Positions 19,421 to 29,029 are shown, numbered from the stretch's first letter. The stretch: DNA of 62,546 bases from Candidatus Zixiibacteriota bacterium (GCA_049643405.1 JBARPX010000080.1:1-62546), one strand, 5' to 3'. Numbers and translations: made by a program. The notes: generated by a model not told the origin, from the letters alone.

Positions 19421-19473
19421 GCTGTCAGGTTGCACCGGCAGAGGCTGCGTAGGACCCGACAGAACAGCAATAG
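19421..19473 (+). repeat. REP-like hairpin element, GTCAGGTC family copy D
   Basis: gctgtcaggttgcaccggcagaggctgcgtaggacccgacagaacagcaatag. Confidence 0.55.
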
Positions 19474-19475
19474 TG

Positions 19476-20225
19476 CTAACGTCTTTCCGCCTCGCCGGTC
19501 ATGGGCACGAAGCGGACCGGGATGGCGTTCATCTTCGTGATTCCGGTCTCGGTCTTGGTTATGACCATCAACTCCTGGAAAACGTCACCCACCGGTATGA
19601 CCAATCTCGCACCAACCTTAAGCTGATCCACCAAAGGCTGCGGGATATGATCGGGCGCCGCGGTCACGATAACGCCGTCGAAAGGCGCATGCTCTTCCCA
19701 TCCCTGGTAGCCATCCGCACACTCGACGGTGATGTTCTCGTATCCCATCTCCTTCAATCTCTTCTCTGCTGTCTCTGCCAGAGAGCAGATGATCTCGATG
19801 GTGTATACGTGCTCGACAATCTCCGCCAAGATTGCCGCCTGATAGCCTGAGCCTGTGCCTATCTCTAAGACCTTCTCTCCGCCCTTGAGACCCAGAAGCT
19901 CGGTCATCAAGGCGACGATGTAGGGTTGGGAGATGGTTTGGTTCTCTCCAATGGGCAGAGGACCGTCGCTGTATGCCCGTTCGACCAGGCTGGGCGGCAC
20001 AAACCGGTGGCGCGCCACCGTTCGCATGGCATCCAGGACCAGTTTGTCTTTGACTCCTCTCGGCTCAATCTGGGTCTTGACCATCGCCATTCTGGCTTCG
20101 GCGTAGAGGTCCTCTGGAGATTCTTGGCGGGTCATCTCGGCTTCCTCATTCTTGGAGTCCCGGCAGGAGAGGAGAATCAAGAACACGAGTATCACTGGAA
20201 TCAACAAGAGGTGAGCTTTTCGCAT
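19476..20225 (-). CDS. pcm: protein-L-isoaspartate O-methyltransferase with a lipoprotein-type signal peptide
   Basis: TISQPYIVALMTELL, VLEIGTGSGYQAAILA, ADGYQGWEEHAPFDGVIVTAA and RFVPMTG. The ATG at 20225 gives MRKAHLLLIPVILVFLILLS-C. Confidence 0.85.
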   Translation of the reverse strand: MRKAHLLLIPVILVFLILLSCRDSKNEEAEMTRQESPEDLYAEARMAMVKTQIEPRGVKDKLVLDAMRTVARHRFVPPSLVERAYSDGPLPIGENQTISQPYIVALMTELLGLKGGEKVLEIGTGSGYQAAILAEIVEHVYTIEIICSLAETAEKRLKEMGYENITVECADGYQGWEEHAPFDGVIVTAAPDHIPQPLVDQLKVGARLVIPVGDVFQELMVITKTETGITKMNAIPVRFVPMTGEAERR

Positions 20226-20408
20226 ATCTGACCATCTTCTTTCTTTGGTCTGTAGGTTCGAAATAATGATATATGAAAAAAGGATTTGTGTCAACGATTT
20301 ATTTCCGGTTTACTGGCCTGTGCCGCTGACCCGCCGATCCTTTTGGATGGTAAGTGGATCAACGAGTTAGCGTAGGACAGAAAGTTCTCCGGAAGGGAGA
20401 GAAAAGAA

Positions 20409-20436
20409 TTGACAAAACACGATTCTGTGTTATCTT
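20409..20436 (+). promoter_or_regulatory. sigma70-like promoter (TTGACA-16-TATCTT) for the C25 protease gene
   Basis: TTGACA at 20409-20414 and TATCTT at 20431-20436. Confidence 0.35.
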
Positions 20437-20553
20437 TTAGCTTGGAGCGAAATACGAAGTGAAGGAAGGTTTTGTTTATTCGGCTGCGACTTGAAAACTC
20501 AGTTTTGCCATGACATCAATTACTCTAACTCCTAACCTCAAGGGAGGTTCAAC

Positions 20554-23500
20554 ATGCTAAACCCTAAAGGTTTGAGCCAGCTTAAGCTCATGGGGCTTGT
20601 GCTATTGCTTCTGGGCTGGTTCTGTTTTGGGGCCGCGCCTTTGTGGGCTGACTCTAACCAGGAGTGGATAGAGCTCACTCCCGGGATGGATAAAATCCCG
20701 CAAATCAGCGTTCTTGAGTCAGATTTTCAACAGGTGGTCCTTGACCTTCAAATCTCCGGCATCTGGTCTGAAGAGGTCAGCACCAAGGGAGGGATTTTTA
20801 ACCGGATCAGCATACCGGACTGCGGCGTGACCAATGTCGTTGGCGAGCCGAATCTACCCGTGATCAGAAAGATGGTTCAGATACCCTACGGAGCTGAAGT
20901 TAGCGTGGAGGTGATCTGGTCTAAGTACGTGAAGAAATCCCTGCAGGAGCTGGGTATTGCAAATCGGATTATTCCGGTCCAGCCACCCATCCCCAAGATC
21001 GAGGGCGCCGCCGAGGCGGCCGAGTTCGTGATCCATGAGGACGTCTATCAAGCCAATGCCTTCTATCAGCAGGAGTTGGCAAAAGTGGGAGACGTTGGTA
21101 TCATCCGCGGGCACAGGTTTGTGACCGTGGAGATCTCTCCGGTCAGCTACAACCCCGTTTCGGGCACGGTGAGGCTTTACTCCCAGGTGCAAGTGCGGGT
21201 CAATCTGACCGGTTCGGATATGGCCAGGACTCAGGGCATGCTCTATCGGTATGCTTCGCCGCCCTTCGAGGAAATCTGTCGGGAGATGCTCATCAACTAT
21301 TCGGCATATCAGGATCTGACCAAGGGTGCGCCCACTTTACCCATCGGGTATCTCATTATCGTGCACGAGGACTATCAATCTCAGGCAGCTCCTCTGGCAG
21401 AATGGAAGAGGAAGAAGGGGTTCCACGTCACGTTGAACGTGATCGGGGACGGCACGTCCACCACCACCATAAAGAACTACATTCAGGACGCCTACGACAA
21501 CTGGCCGATTCCTCCCACCTACGTTCTCTTCTTCGGCGACGTGGGATGGATTCCCACCTACACGGGGACCAACAGCGGCACCGCAACCGATCTTTACTAT
21601 GTGCAGATGGACGGGGACATTTTCGCGGATATTCTTCGTGCCAGATTCCCGGTGCGCAACACCACCGAAGCCACCGACATGGTGACCAAACTTCTCTACT
21701 ATGAAAATCCAACCTCGCCCGATCTGGAATGGATGAGGCATGAGTTATTTATCGCCTCATCCGATCACGCCTCACTTGTCGAAGCCACTCACGGCTGGGC
21801 CATTGTGAACTATCTCATACCCATGGGAATTTTCGTGGACAGTCTGTGGGAGAGGTTGGGTGGTGTGACCTCAACTGCAGTCACCAACAGTATAAATGCC
21901 GGGAAAGCCATAGTCTGCTATTCCGGGCACGGCGCTTCGTCGGGCTGGCAAACCGGATCATACGACCAGACAGACGTCCGCAATCTGAACAACGCAGATG
22001 AATACCCGCTGGTTCTCTCCCACGCCTGTTCGACCAACCCGTTCGACATGACCGAGTGCTACGGTGAGACATGGGTAAAGGTCGCCAATAAAGGTGGCAT
22101 AGCTTTCTGGGGCGCCTCCAATTCCTCCTACTGGGACGAAGACGACATCCTGGAGAGAAGGATGTGGGATGCCGCTTTCGCCGAAACCTGTTATACCGTC
22201 GCGGCAATGACCGATAAGGCACTGTGGCATCTGTACCAGCACTACGGGAACACCTCCAGCGTAAGATACTATTTCGATATGTACAATGTTAATGGCGATC
22301 CCTCGGTCGACATCTGGACATATATTGCCGAGGATCTGGTGGTCACCTTCCCAGGGACGATTCCCATGTTGCCCTCTCATGCCGTGGAGATCAATGTGGC
22401 AACCCAGGACAAAGGTCCGTTGTATGGCGCCCTGGTGTGTCTGAGAAAAGGAGCGGAGGTTTTCGAAACCGGATACACCGATGCCAGCGGTAACATAACC
22501 CTCTATGTCTCGCCCGCCTCTCTGGGTAACATGGAGTTGACCGTAACCGCCCACAACCAGCTTCCTTTCGAGAGTTACATAAGCGTCATCCCGGCCGGAG
22601 ATGCCTATCTGGTCTTCGAAAGCCAGAGTGTGGACGACGACAGCCTGGGCGAGAGTCTTGGAGACGGCGATGGCGAAGTAGACTTCGCAGAGACGGTGGA
22701 GTTCCTGGTGGAGCTCAAGAACTTTGGTGATTCGGCTGCTCACAGCACCTATGGCATCATCTCCACCACCAGCCCCTACATCACCATGGTGAACGATTCT
22801 GCCTTCTGGGGCGAGGTTCCTGCGGGAGGCACGGCAACTTGTGTGAACGCCTTTGTATTCTCTGTGGATCCCAACGTGCCGGACATGGAGATGGTCACCT
22901 TCCAGCTCGATATCCAGGCTACCAACGGGAGCTGGTCCTACGACGATATAACCGTGGTGGCTCATGCCCCGATACTGGTTTACAAGAGCAAGATAACGGA
23001 AGATCTGGGAGGAAATGACAACGGCAAGCCTGATCCGGGTGAGTCGGTTGACCTCACCATAACCTTGCAGAACGACGGCAGCGCCGGCGTGATACAGGTC
23101 GCGGCCGACTTAGTATGCGTCGATCCTTACGTAACCATCGACGTGTCGAGCGCAACCTATCCGGATATGTCCTCCGGCGGAACGGGAACTTCCCTGTCTG
23201 CTTATCGATTCACCGCAGACGAGGAGTGCCCTGACGGGTACAAGGTGAGTATGACCTTGCAGATCAGCGGCTGCGGCGGCTACTATACCGAGGAGATTTT
23301 CGAGATCCGGATCGGCCAGAGGCCGATTTTGTTCGTGGATGACGACGGAGGCGATTCCCACGAAAGCTACATAATGGTTGCCCTGGATTCAGTGGGAGTG
23401 CTATACGACGTGTGGACTCATGAAACCGACGGCTGCCCCCCGGACACCATCTTCGAGCAGTACCAGTCGGTGGTGTGGAGCACCGGTGACGACTATGGGA

Positions 23501-24243
23501 GCTTATCCGATCCGGCGACGCTGGATGCCACAGACGAAGCCCGGCTCATGACTTACTTAGACAACGGAGGAAGTCTGCTCTTGTCCAGCCAGGACCTGCT
23601 GCTCGATCACAATCCCGATGTTTTCATTACCGACTATCTGCATGTGGCAGGGCACAACGACGACGAGGGCGTCACTTCCGTCTCCGGGGTGAGCGACGAT
23701 ACCATCTCCGACGGCATGTCGTTCGGCCTGAGCTATCCTTTCTACAACTTCTCGGATCACATATTTCCGGGAGCGGAAGCCGCGGGGATATTCTATGAGA
23801 CCAGTAAGGAATCTGCCCCGCCCAGACCCGGGGTACAGATAGACGAGTATGCCGGTGAAGGAGCCGGACCGGTCAACTACTGTGCCCTCCGTTATCCTGC
23901 GTCCGGACCGTCTGTTTATAAGGTGGCCTTCTTCACGTTTGCCATTGAGGCGGTTCCCGAGTCCGGGACCTATCCCAACAATCGTTACACCCTCATGCGG
24001 CGGATCATGAATTGGTTCGGGATAGGCAGAACAGCTTCCGAAGTCATGCATGGTGATGCCAACGGAGATGAGATTATAGATGTAGGGGACGTGGTGTTTC
24101 TGGTCAACTATCTCTACAAAGGTGACGTCCCACCCGCCCCCTGGGAGGCTGGCGACGCCAGCTGCGATGGTGAGGTGGACTTAGGTGACGTGGTTTACCT
24201 GATCAATTACCTGTATAAAGGTGGAGACCCGCCGCCTTGCTAA
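20554..24243 (+). CDS. peptidase C25 (gingipain-family) protein with propeptide, Ig-like repeats and a dockerin-like C-terminal module
   Basis: GGGAGG RBS, signal peptide and a propeptide-like N-domain. YLIIVHEDY..AEWKRKKGF, FFGDVGWIPTY, catalytic-type CYSGHGAS and VLSHACSTN. Tail [54 protein letters not shown]. Confidence 0.85.
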   Translation: MLNPKGLSQLKLMGLVLLLLGWFCFGAAPLWADSNQEWIELTPGMDKIPQISVLESDFQQVVLDLQISGIWSEEVSTKGGIFNRISIPDCGVTNVVGEPNLPVIRKMVQIPYGAEVSVEVIWSKYVKKSLQELGIANRIIPVQPPIPKIEGAAEAAEFVIHEDVYQANAFYQQELAKVGDVGIIRGHRFVTVEISPVSYNPVSGTVRLYSQVQVRVNLTGSDMARTQGMLYRYASPPFEEICREMLINYSAYQDLTKGAPTLPIGYLIIVHEDYQSQAAPLAEWKRKKGFHVTLNVIGDGTSTTTIKNYIQDAYDNWPIPPTYVLFFGDVGWIPTYTGTNSGTATDLYYVQMDGDIFADILRARFPVRNTTEATDMVTKLLYYENPTSPDLEWMRHELFIASSDHASLVEATHGWAIVNYLIPMGIFVDSLWERLGGVTSTAVTNSINAGKAIVCYSGHGASSGWQTGSYDQTDVRNLNNADEYPLVLSHACSTNPFDMTECYGETWVKVANKGGIAFWGASNSSYWDEDDILERRMWDAAFAETCYTVAAMTDKALWHLYQHYGNTSSVRYYFDMYNVNGDPSVDIWTYIAEDLVVTFPGTIPMLPSHAVEINVATQDKGPLYGALVCLRKGAEVFETGYTDASGNITLYVSPASLGNMELTVTAHNQLPFESYISVIPAGDAYLVFESQSVDDDSLGESLGDGDGEVDFAETVEFLVELKNFGDSAAHSTYGIISTTSPYITMVNDSAFWGEVPAGGTATCVNAFVFSVDPNVPDMEMVTFQLDIQATNGSWSYDDITVVAHAPILVYKSKITEDLGGNDNGKPDPGESVDLTITLQNDGSAGVIQVAADLVCVDPYVTIDVSSATYPDMSSGGTGTSLSAYRFTADEECPDGYKVSMTLQISGCGGYYTEEIFEIRIGQRPILFVDDDGGDSHESYIMVALDSVGVLYDVWTHETDGCPPDTIFEQYQSVVWSTGDDYGSLSDPATLDATDEARLMTYLDNGGSLLLSSQDLLLDHNPDVFITDYLHVAGHNDDEGVTSVSGVSDDTISDGMSFGLSYPFYNFSDHIFPGAEAAGIFYETSKESAPPRPGVQIDEYAGEGAGPVNYCALRYPASGPSVYKVAFFTFAIEAVPESGTYPNNRYTLMRRIMNWFGIGRTASEVMHGDANGDEIIDVGDVVFLVNYLYKGDVPPAPWEAGDASCDGEVDLGDVVYLINYLYKGGDPPPC

Positions 24244-24279
24244 GTTGAACCGAAACGCGAATATTGTTGTTGCTCAACG

Positions 24280-24314
24280 CCCCCGGCTTCCTGAAAGGCC
24301 GGGGGTCGCTTTTT
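24280..24314 (+). terminator. Rho-independent terminator after the C25 protease gene
   Basis: 8-bp GC stem cccccggc/gccggggg with a 10-nt loop, followed by tcgcttttt. Confidence 0.55.
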
Positions 24315-24552
24315 GCCCTGCGTAGTCGCTTGATTTATCAAGCGGAAGACAAGCCCGATAGAGCGGGCGACCATGGAAAACCTATCTTTCCGTTTTTCCC
24401 AAGGGTCAGGGTCATAGAGGGATACAAAAAAGAGCTTGATTTTAGGAAAGAAACAGGATAACATTAGACCAAGGTTCAAGAAGGTATGATCTCAACAATG
24501 AACAATGTATCAAGAGTGAAACAAGGGCATTATACGATATGAGAGTCCTACC

Positions 24553-27500
24553 ATGCCAAGAGCACGTAAAGGCCGCGATCTGAATCTGGAATCCAAGGAA
24601 CCCCTTATCCGGGTTGCTGATAAGCTTGTTGCGTCTACGAAGGAGCTGATGCGCTCGGCAAACACCGAGGAGGACCTGCGAATAGGCTTCGAAAAAATAC
24701 TGGAGCCTTTGTGCGCGGCTATCGGAGTTGAATCACACGCCAAGTACGAGAAGTCCATTTACAGAAGTGGTCGCGCCGATGCATTACATGGACAGGTAAT
24801 CATCGAGTATGAGCGCCCCCAGACCTTTCGCTCGCCCAAGCGGATTGAGCATGCTTACAACCAGCTGATTGAGTATATTCGGGGAGAAGCAAGGGAGAGA
24901 AAAGAAACACTATTCCTACTTGACCCAAAGCTCGTAGGGGTTGGCTTTGATGGCGAACAAATCTTTTTTGTGCAGTATCAAGGAGAGAAAGCCAAGCCGA
25001 AAATCAGGCTTGACAAGAGACATTTCAAGCTAATTGGCCCTTATTCCTTCACCCCGCAAAGTGCACGCACATTTCTGACATACATACGAGCTCTTTCGCG
25101 CCGTCTACTTACAGCAGAGAATCTAGCCGAAGTCTTTGGACCCGACAGCAAACTTGCGCCCCTGGTGGTTTCGGCCCTGGCAGATGCTCTGGAAAACTGG
25201 GACAGCAAGGGACGAGCAAGAACATTCTTTAATGAATGGCGTCGCCTTTTTGGGATTGTGTATGGAGAGCAATTCAATATACAGCAAGCGGAGGAAGTAA
25301 AGAAGCTTTCAGAGTTGTACGAAGTGGGCAAAGAGACTGATTTCCAGAAACTTTTGTTTTCGGTTCATACCTATTTTGTTTTTCTAATGAAGTTGATTGC
25401 GGCGGAGCTTCTTACAATTGCGGAGACCTCGTTTAGATCCTCTTTTTCTGATGATCTGGTTCATTCAGACAGAAAGACTTTGCTTTCTAGGCTCAGGTTC
25501 ATCGAGGATGGGGGTATTTATGCTAACCGCGGGATAGACAATTTCCTTGAAGGAGACTTCTTCCGGTGGTACGTTGATGCTTTTTCACCCCGGGTCGAGG
25601 AAGCTGTCAGGGAGGTGGCCAGGGCACTCTCTGATTTTGAGCCAGCCACTACGGCGTTAAACACTAAATCCAACCGGGATCTTCTGAAAAAACTATATCA
25701 ATATCTTGTGACCCCAGAGGTGCGCCATAAACTGGGAGAGTACTATACACCGGATTGGCTCGCAGAACTCGTACTAAATGAGGTCCGGTTCGATGGCAAC
25801 ACTCGCAAGCGGGTGCTTGATCCGGCCTGCGGTTCTGGAACTTTCTTGGTGCTTGCCATCCAGCGAGCGAAAGAGTATGGATTCACTCACAGAGAGGGAG
25901 CGCTCGAGACTGCCAAGAGAATAGTGGGAAACATATGGGGTTTTGACCTTAATCCTTTAGCCGTGATCGCGGCCCGCACCAACTATCTGTTTGCGCTTGG
26001 GGACTTGGTTAATGAACTGACTGACTTTGAAATCCCGGTTTATCTGGCGGATTCTGTTCTGTGGCCGGAAGAAACAGGGAAATTCGAACTCAACTTCGCT
26101 GGCGGTGAGCACATCGGAATTCAGACCTCTGTTAGGGTATTTCACGTCCCCTACATTTGGGTTAAGGATGAGGGGTTTCTGATGCGGAAAGCTGCGCCAC
26201 TTGTGGAACAGATGGCAAAAGAAAGATACTCCGCTTCTGAGGCTATAGTGGCTCTGAAGAAGAAAGGCCTGGTGTTTCCTCCCCACCAACACGTGGTGAA
26301 GAACTTTTACAGTGAAATACTGCAACTTGAAAAAGAGAGCAAGAACGGTATTTGGGCGCGTTTTCTCAAGAATGCCTTTGCCCCAATGATCGCCGGGAAG
26401 TTCGATTTTGTGGTTGGCAATCCACCTTGGATTCGGTGGGGCTATCTCTCTAGGGATTATCGAGAAGCAACTACGCCACTTTTGAAACAGTATGGTCTGT
26501 ATCAAACGAAGGATTTTGCATCAAGGAATCTGGGTGTGGGTGAAAAAGACTTCTCGATGCTCTTTACCTATGCGGCAACTGATTATTATCTGAAAAACGG
26601 AGCGAAACTGGGCTTCCTCATTACCCAGGAAGTCTTCAAATCGAAGGGAGCGGGAGAAGGGTTCAGACGTTTCCGTTTAAGGGAAAAGGAACCATTCCGT
26701 GTTCTCTCAGCACATGATTTGGTAACGGTGAAGCCGTTTGAAGGTGCAGCAAATAAGACTGCCGCTATCATCCTGCGTAAGGGCCAAGTCTCGACTTATC
26801 CCATCCCGTACAACTTGTGGACCCGTAAGAAGAACGTAGGAAGGGTTCCCACGGACGCGGTTCTGAAGGATGCGCTAGCGCTTCTCCAAAGGAAGAAGCT
26901 TCTTGCGCATCCCATGGGTTCAGCCGTTGGGTCATGGCAGACCATCTCTCAAAGCCAGAAAGGTCTTATGGCTATTGAGGGAAAAAACCCCTATCAGGCG
27001 TGGAGGGGCACTGAAACGGATCCATACGGTGTGCATCTCGTTGATGTAGTTCAACTTCTGTCGAGTGGAGATCTGGTGATTCGCAATCTCGCAGGCCTTG
27101 GAAAAAGGAAGATCCAACAGGTGGAATTGAGAGTCGAGCAAGATTTGATCTATCCCGGAATCCGGGGGCGTGATATAGAGCGATGGGAGATTAGGCCCAC
27201 CGTATTTGTCTTGTTCCCTGTCAATCCTCACAGGAAACAGCCACACTCAGAAACCGAAATGAAAAAGAGGTGGCCGAGAACTTACAGCTATCTTACGACC
27301 TTTCGAGCGGACTTCGAAGCACGAGGTTCTCGCGCGGCAAAGATGTTGGCTGAACGAACAGCCTTCTACGCGATGCTGGGCTACGGGCCTTATACTGTGG
27401 CTCGCTATAAAGTGGTGTGGAAACGGATGGCCAGCGATCTCGTTGCTGCTGTCGTTTCCCATCACAAGACAGAATACGGCTATAAGACGATGATTCCAAT

Positions 27501-27813
27501 TGGCACAACTTCCTTTTTCGCTGTTGATGAGGAGGACGAGGCTCACTATCTCTGCGCCGTCGTCAACTCCACGCCAGTTCGGGAGTTCATCAAGTCCTAT
27601 TCCTCCGCCGGTAGGGGGTTTGGCACACCCTCCGTGATGAACCACGTTGGTATTCGGGCTTTTCGCCCCAAGAACAGACTCCATCAGGAACTCGCTGCAC
27701 TGTCGAAAAACCTTCACGATCTGAAGAAAGAGGATAACTCTGCTGGGATTGCACGTTTGGAGAACGATGTCGACCGCCTAGTTCGTAAGTTGTTTGGCAT
27801 AAGGGATGCATAG
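24553..27813 (+). CDS. large N6-adenine DNA methyltransferase, MmeI-like type IIG/IIL architecture (N-terminal nuclease-like domain, MTase, TRD)
   Basis: GEYYTPDWL, VLDPACGSGTFLV (motif I), VVGNPPWIRW (motif IV). C-terminal YTVARYKVVWKRMASDLVAAVV-type TRD. N-terminal ..GRADALHGQVIIEYERP.. is a PD-(D/E)XK-like segment. Confidence 0.8.
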   Translation: MPRARKGRDLNLESKEPLIRVADKLVASTKELMRSANTEEDLRIGFEKILEPLCAAIGVESHAKYEKSIYRSGRADALHGQVIIEYERPQTFRSPKRIEHAYNQLIEYIRGEARERKETLFLLDPKLVGVGFDGEQIFFVQYQGEKAKPKIRLDKRHFKLIGPYSFTPQSARTFLTYIRALSRRLLTAENLAEVFGPDSKLAPLVVSALADALENWDSKGRARTFFNEWRRLFGIVYGEQFNIQQAEEVKKLSELYEVGKETDFQKLLFSVHTYFVFLMKLIAAELLTIAETSFRSSFSDDLVHSDRKTLLSRLRFIEDGGIYANRGIDNFLEGDFFRWYVDAFSPRVEEAVREVARALSDFEPATTALNTKSNRDLLKKLYQYLVTPEVRHKLGEYYTPDWLAELVLNEVRFDGNTRKRVLDPACGSGTFLVLAIQRAKEYGFTHREGALETAKRIVGNIWGFDLNPLAVIAARTNYLFALGDLVNELTDFEIPVYLADSVLWPEETGKFELNFAGGEHIGIQTSVRVFHVPYIWVKDEGFLMRKAAPLVEQMAKERYSASEAIVALKKKGLVFPPHQHVVKNFYSEILQLEKESKNGIWARFLKNAFAPMIAGKFDFVVGNPPWIRWGYLSRDYREATTPLLKQYGLYQTKDFASRNLGVGEKDFSMLFTYAATDYYLKNGAKLGFLITQEVFKSKGAGEGFRRFRLREKEPFRVLSAHDLVTVKPFEGAANKTAAIILRKGQVSTYPIPYNLWTRKKNVGRVPTDAVLKDALALLQRKKLLAHPMGSAVGSWQTISQSQKGLMAIEGKNPYQAWRGTETDPYGVHLVDVVQLLSSGDLVIRNLAGLGKRKIQQVELRVEQDLIYPGIRGRDIERWEIRPTVFVLFPVNPHRKQPHSETEMKKRWPRTYSYLTTFRADFEARGSRAAKMLAERTAFYAMLGYGPYTVARYKVVWKRMASDLVAAVVSHHKTEYGYKTMIPIGTTSFFAVDEEDEAHYLCAVVNSTPVREFIKSYSSAGRGFGTPSVMNHVGIRAFRPKNRLHQELAALSKNLHDLKKEDNSAGIARLENDVDRLVRKLFGIRDA

Positions 27814-27892
27814 ATTGCTAGACCGTGCATCCACGCACTGGACGGTGTCGTCCGATGTGTGAATCGACTCGGCGTCCTCGAAAGGCGAGTGG

Positions 27893-29029
27893 ATGATGAG
27901 AGTCGCTTTAGTTCATGATTGGCTGACCGGGATGAGAGGGGGGGAGAAGTGTCTGGAGATTCTGTGTGAGCTTTTTCCGGATGCCACCCTGCATACTCTC
28001 CTGCACAAGAAGGGATCGGTTTCGGAGACCATCTCCCGGATGAGAATAACGACATCGTTCGTTCAGAGTCTCCCTTTCGCTATGGATCATTATCGAAAAT
28101 ATCTTCCCCTTTTTCCCACTGCCATCGAGCAGTTTGACCTAACCGGCTTTGATCTGGTCATCTCCTCCAGCCATTGCGTTGCCAAGGGCGTGGTCACCTC
28201 TCCGGAGACGTGCCATATCTGCTACTGCCATACTCCGATGAGATACGCCTGGGAGATGTATTATACCTATTTCTCCAAGAACAGCCTTAACCCTGTCGTC
28301 CGCTGGACCGTCCCCTTCTTTATGAATTATCTGAGGACCTGGGATGAGAGATCCTCTGACCGTGTGGATCATTTCGTGGCCAATTCGCAAAATGTAAGGA
28401 GACGAATCAAGAAGCATTATCGCCGCGATGCAGAGGTCATCTATCCTCCGGTGGATACCGGGTATTTCGGGATGAGCAAGAACCAAGGGGAGTATTTCCT
28501 GGTGGTCTCCGCCCTGGTCCCCTATAAAAGGATTGACTTGGCTGTTCTGGCTTTCAATGAACTGAATTTGCCGCTCCTTATCGTGGGCGAAGGAGCGGAG
28601 AAGAAAAAGTTGATGAAAATGGCTAAGAAAAACATTAAGTTTATAGATTGGCAAAGCGGCCCGGAGTTGATCGGATATTATCAGCAATGCAGGGCTTTGA
28701 TCTTTCCGGGAGAGGAGGACTTCGGCATCGTCCCGGTAGAGGCCCAGGCTTGCGGTAAGCCGGTGATAGCTTTCGGAAAAGGAGGAGCGACCGAGTCGGT
28801 GGAAGGAGCCTATCCCGATCAAGACGTCACTTCTTCGCACACCGGATTATTCTTCTCTCCCCAGACCGTGGAAGCCCTGATCCAGGCGGTACGGGGTTTT
28901 GAATCGGCTCGGTTCGATCCGGAACAAATAAGAGAGCATACGCTCCGGTTTGACAAAGAGGTGTTCAGGGAGAGAATAAGAGAGCTCATCGAGACAAAGG
29001 TTGCCGAGCATCAAGAGAGTGTGAGATGA
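27893..29029 (+). CDS. glycosyltransferase family 4 (GT-B)
   Basis: MRVALVHDWLTGMRGGEK N-terminus and the E-x7-E region GEEDFGIVPVEAQACGKPVIA. Confidence 0.8.
   Translation: MMRVALVHDWLTGMRGGEKCLEILCELFPDATLHTLLHKKGSVSETISRMRITTSFVQSLPFAMDHYRKYLPLFPTAIEQFDLTGFDLVISSSHCVAKGVVTSPETCHICYCHTPMRYAWEMYYTYFSKNSLNPVVRWTVPFFMNYLRTWDERSSDRVDHFVANSQNVRRRIKKHYRRDAEVIYPPVDTGYFGMSKNQGEYFLVVSALVPYKRIDLAVLAFNELNLPLLIVGEGAEKKKLMKMAKKNIKFIDWQSGPELIGYYQQCRALIFPGEEDFGIVPVEAQACGKPVIAFGKGGATESVEGAYPDQDVTSSHTGLFFSPQTVEALIQAVRGFESARFDPEQIREHTLRFDKEVFRERIRELIETKVAEHQESVR

Noticed and set aside
16451-19473. Possibility that the recurring hairpin repeats are a CRISPR array or integron attC sites
   Set aside because: The copies are 50-100 nt, imperfect, separated by whole genes (0.2-1.7 kb) and not regularly spaced, so this is not CRISPR. 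They lack GTTRRRY/RYYYAAC cores and there is no intI, so they are not attC.
21958-22965. 335-aa minus-strand ORF inside the C25 protease gene (plus several shorter ones at 20854-21741)
   Set aside because: These are mirror ORFs of a long, motif-rich plus-strand gene. They have no RBS and a Gly/His/Val-rich nonsense composition.
24553-27813. BREX PglX or DISARM methylase interpretation of the large MTase
   Set aside because: No pglZ, brxC, brxL, brxA/B or drm genes lie within the flanking 10 kb. The N-terminal nuclease-like segment and TRD layout fit a single-chain IIG enzyme better.
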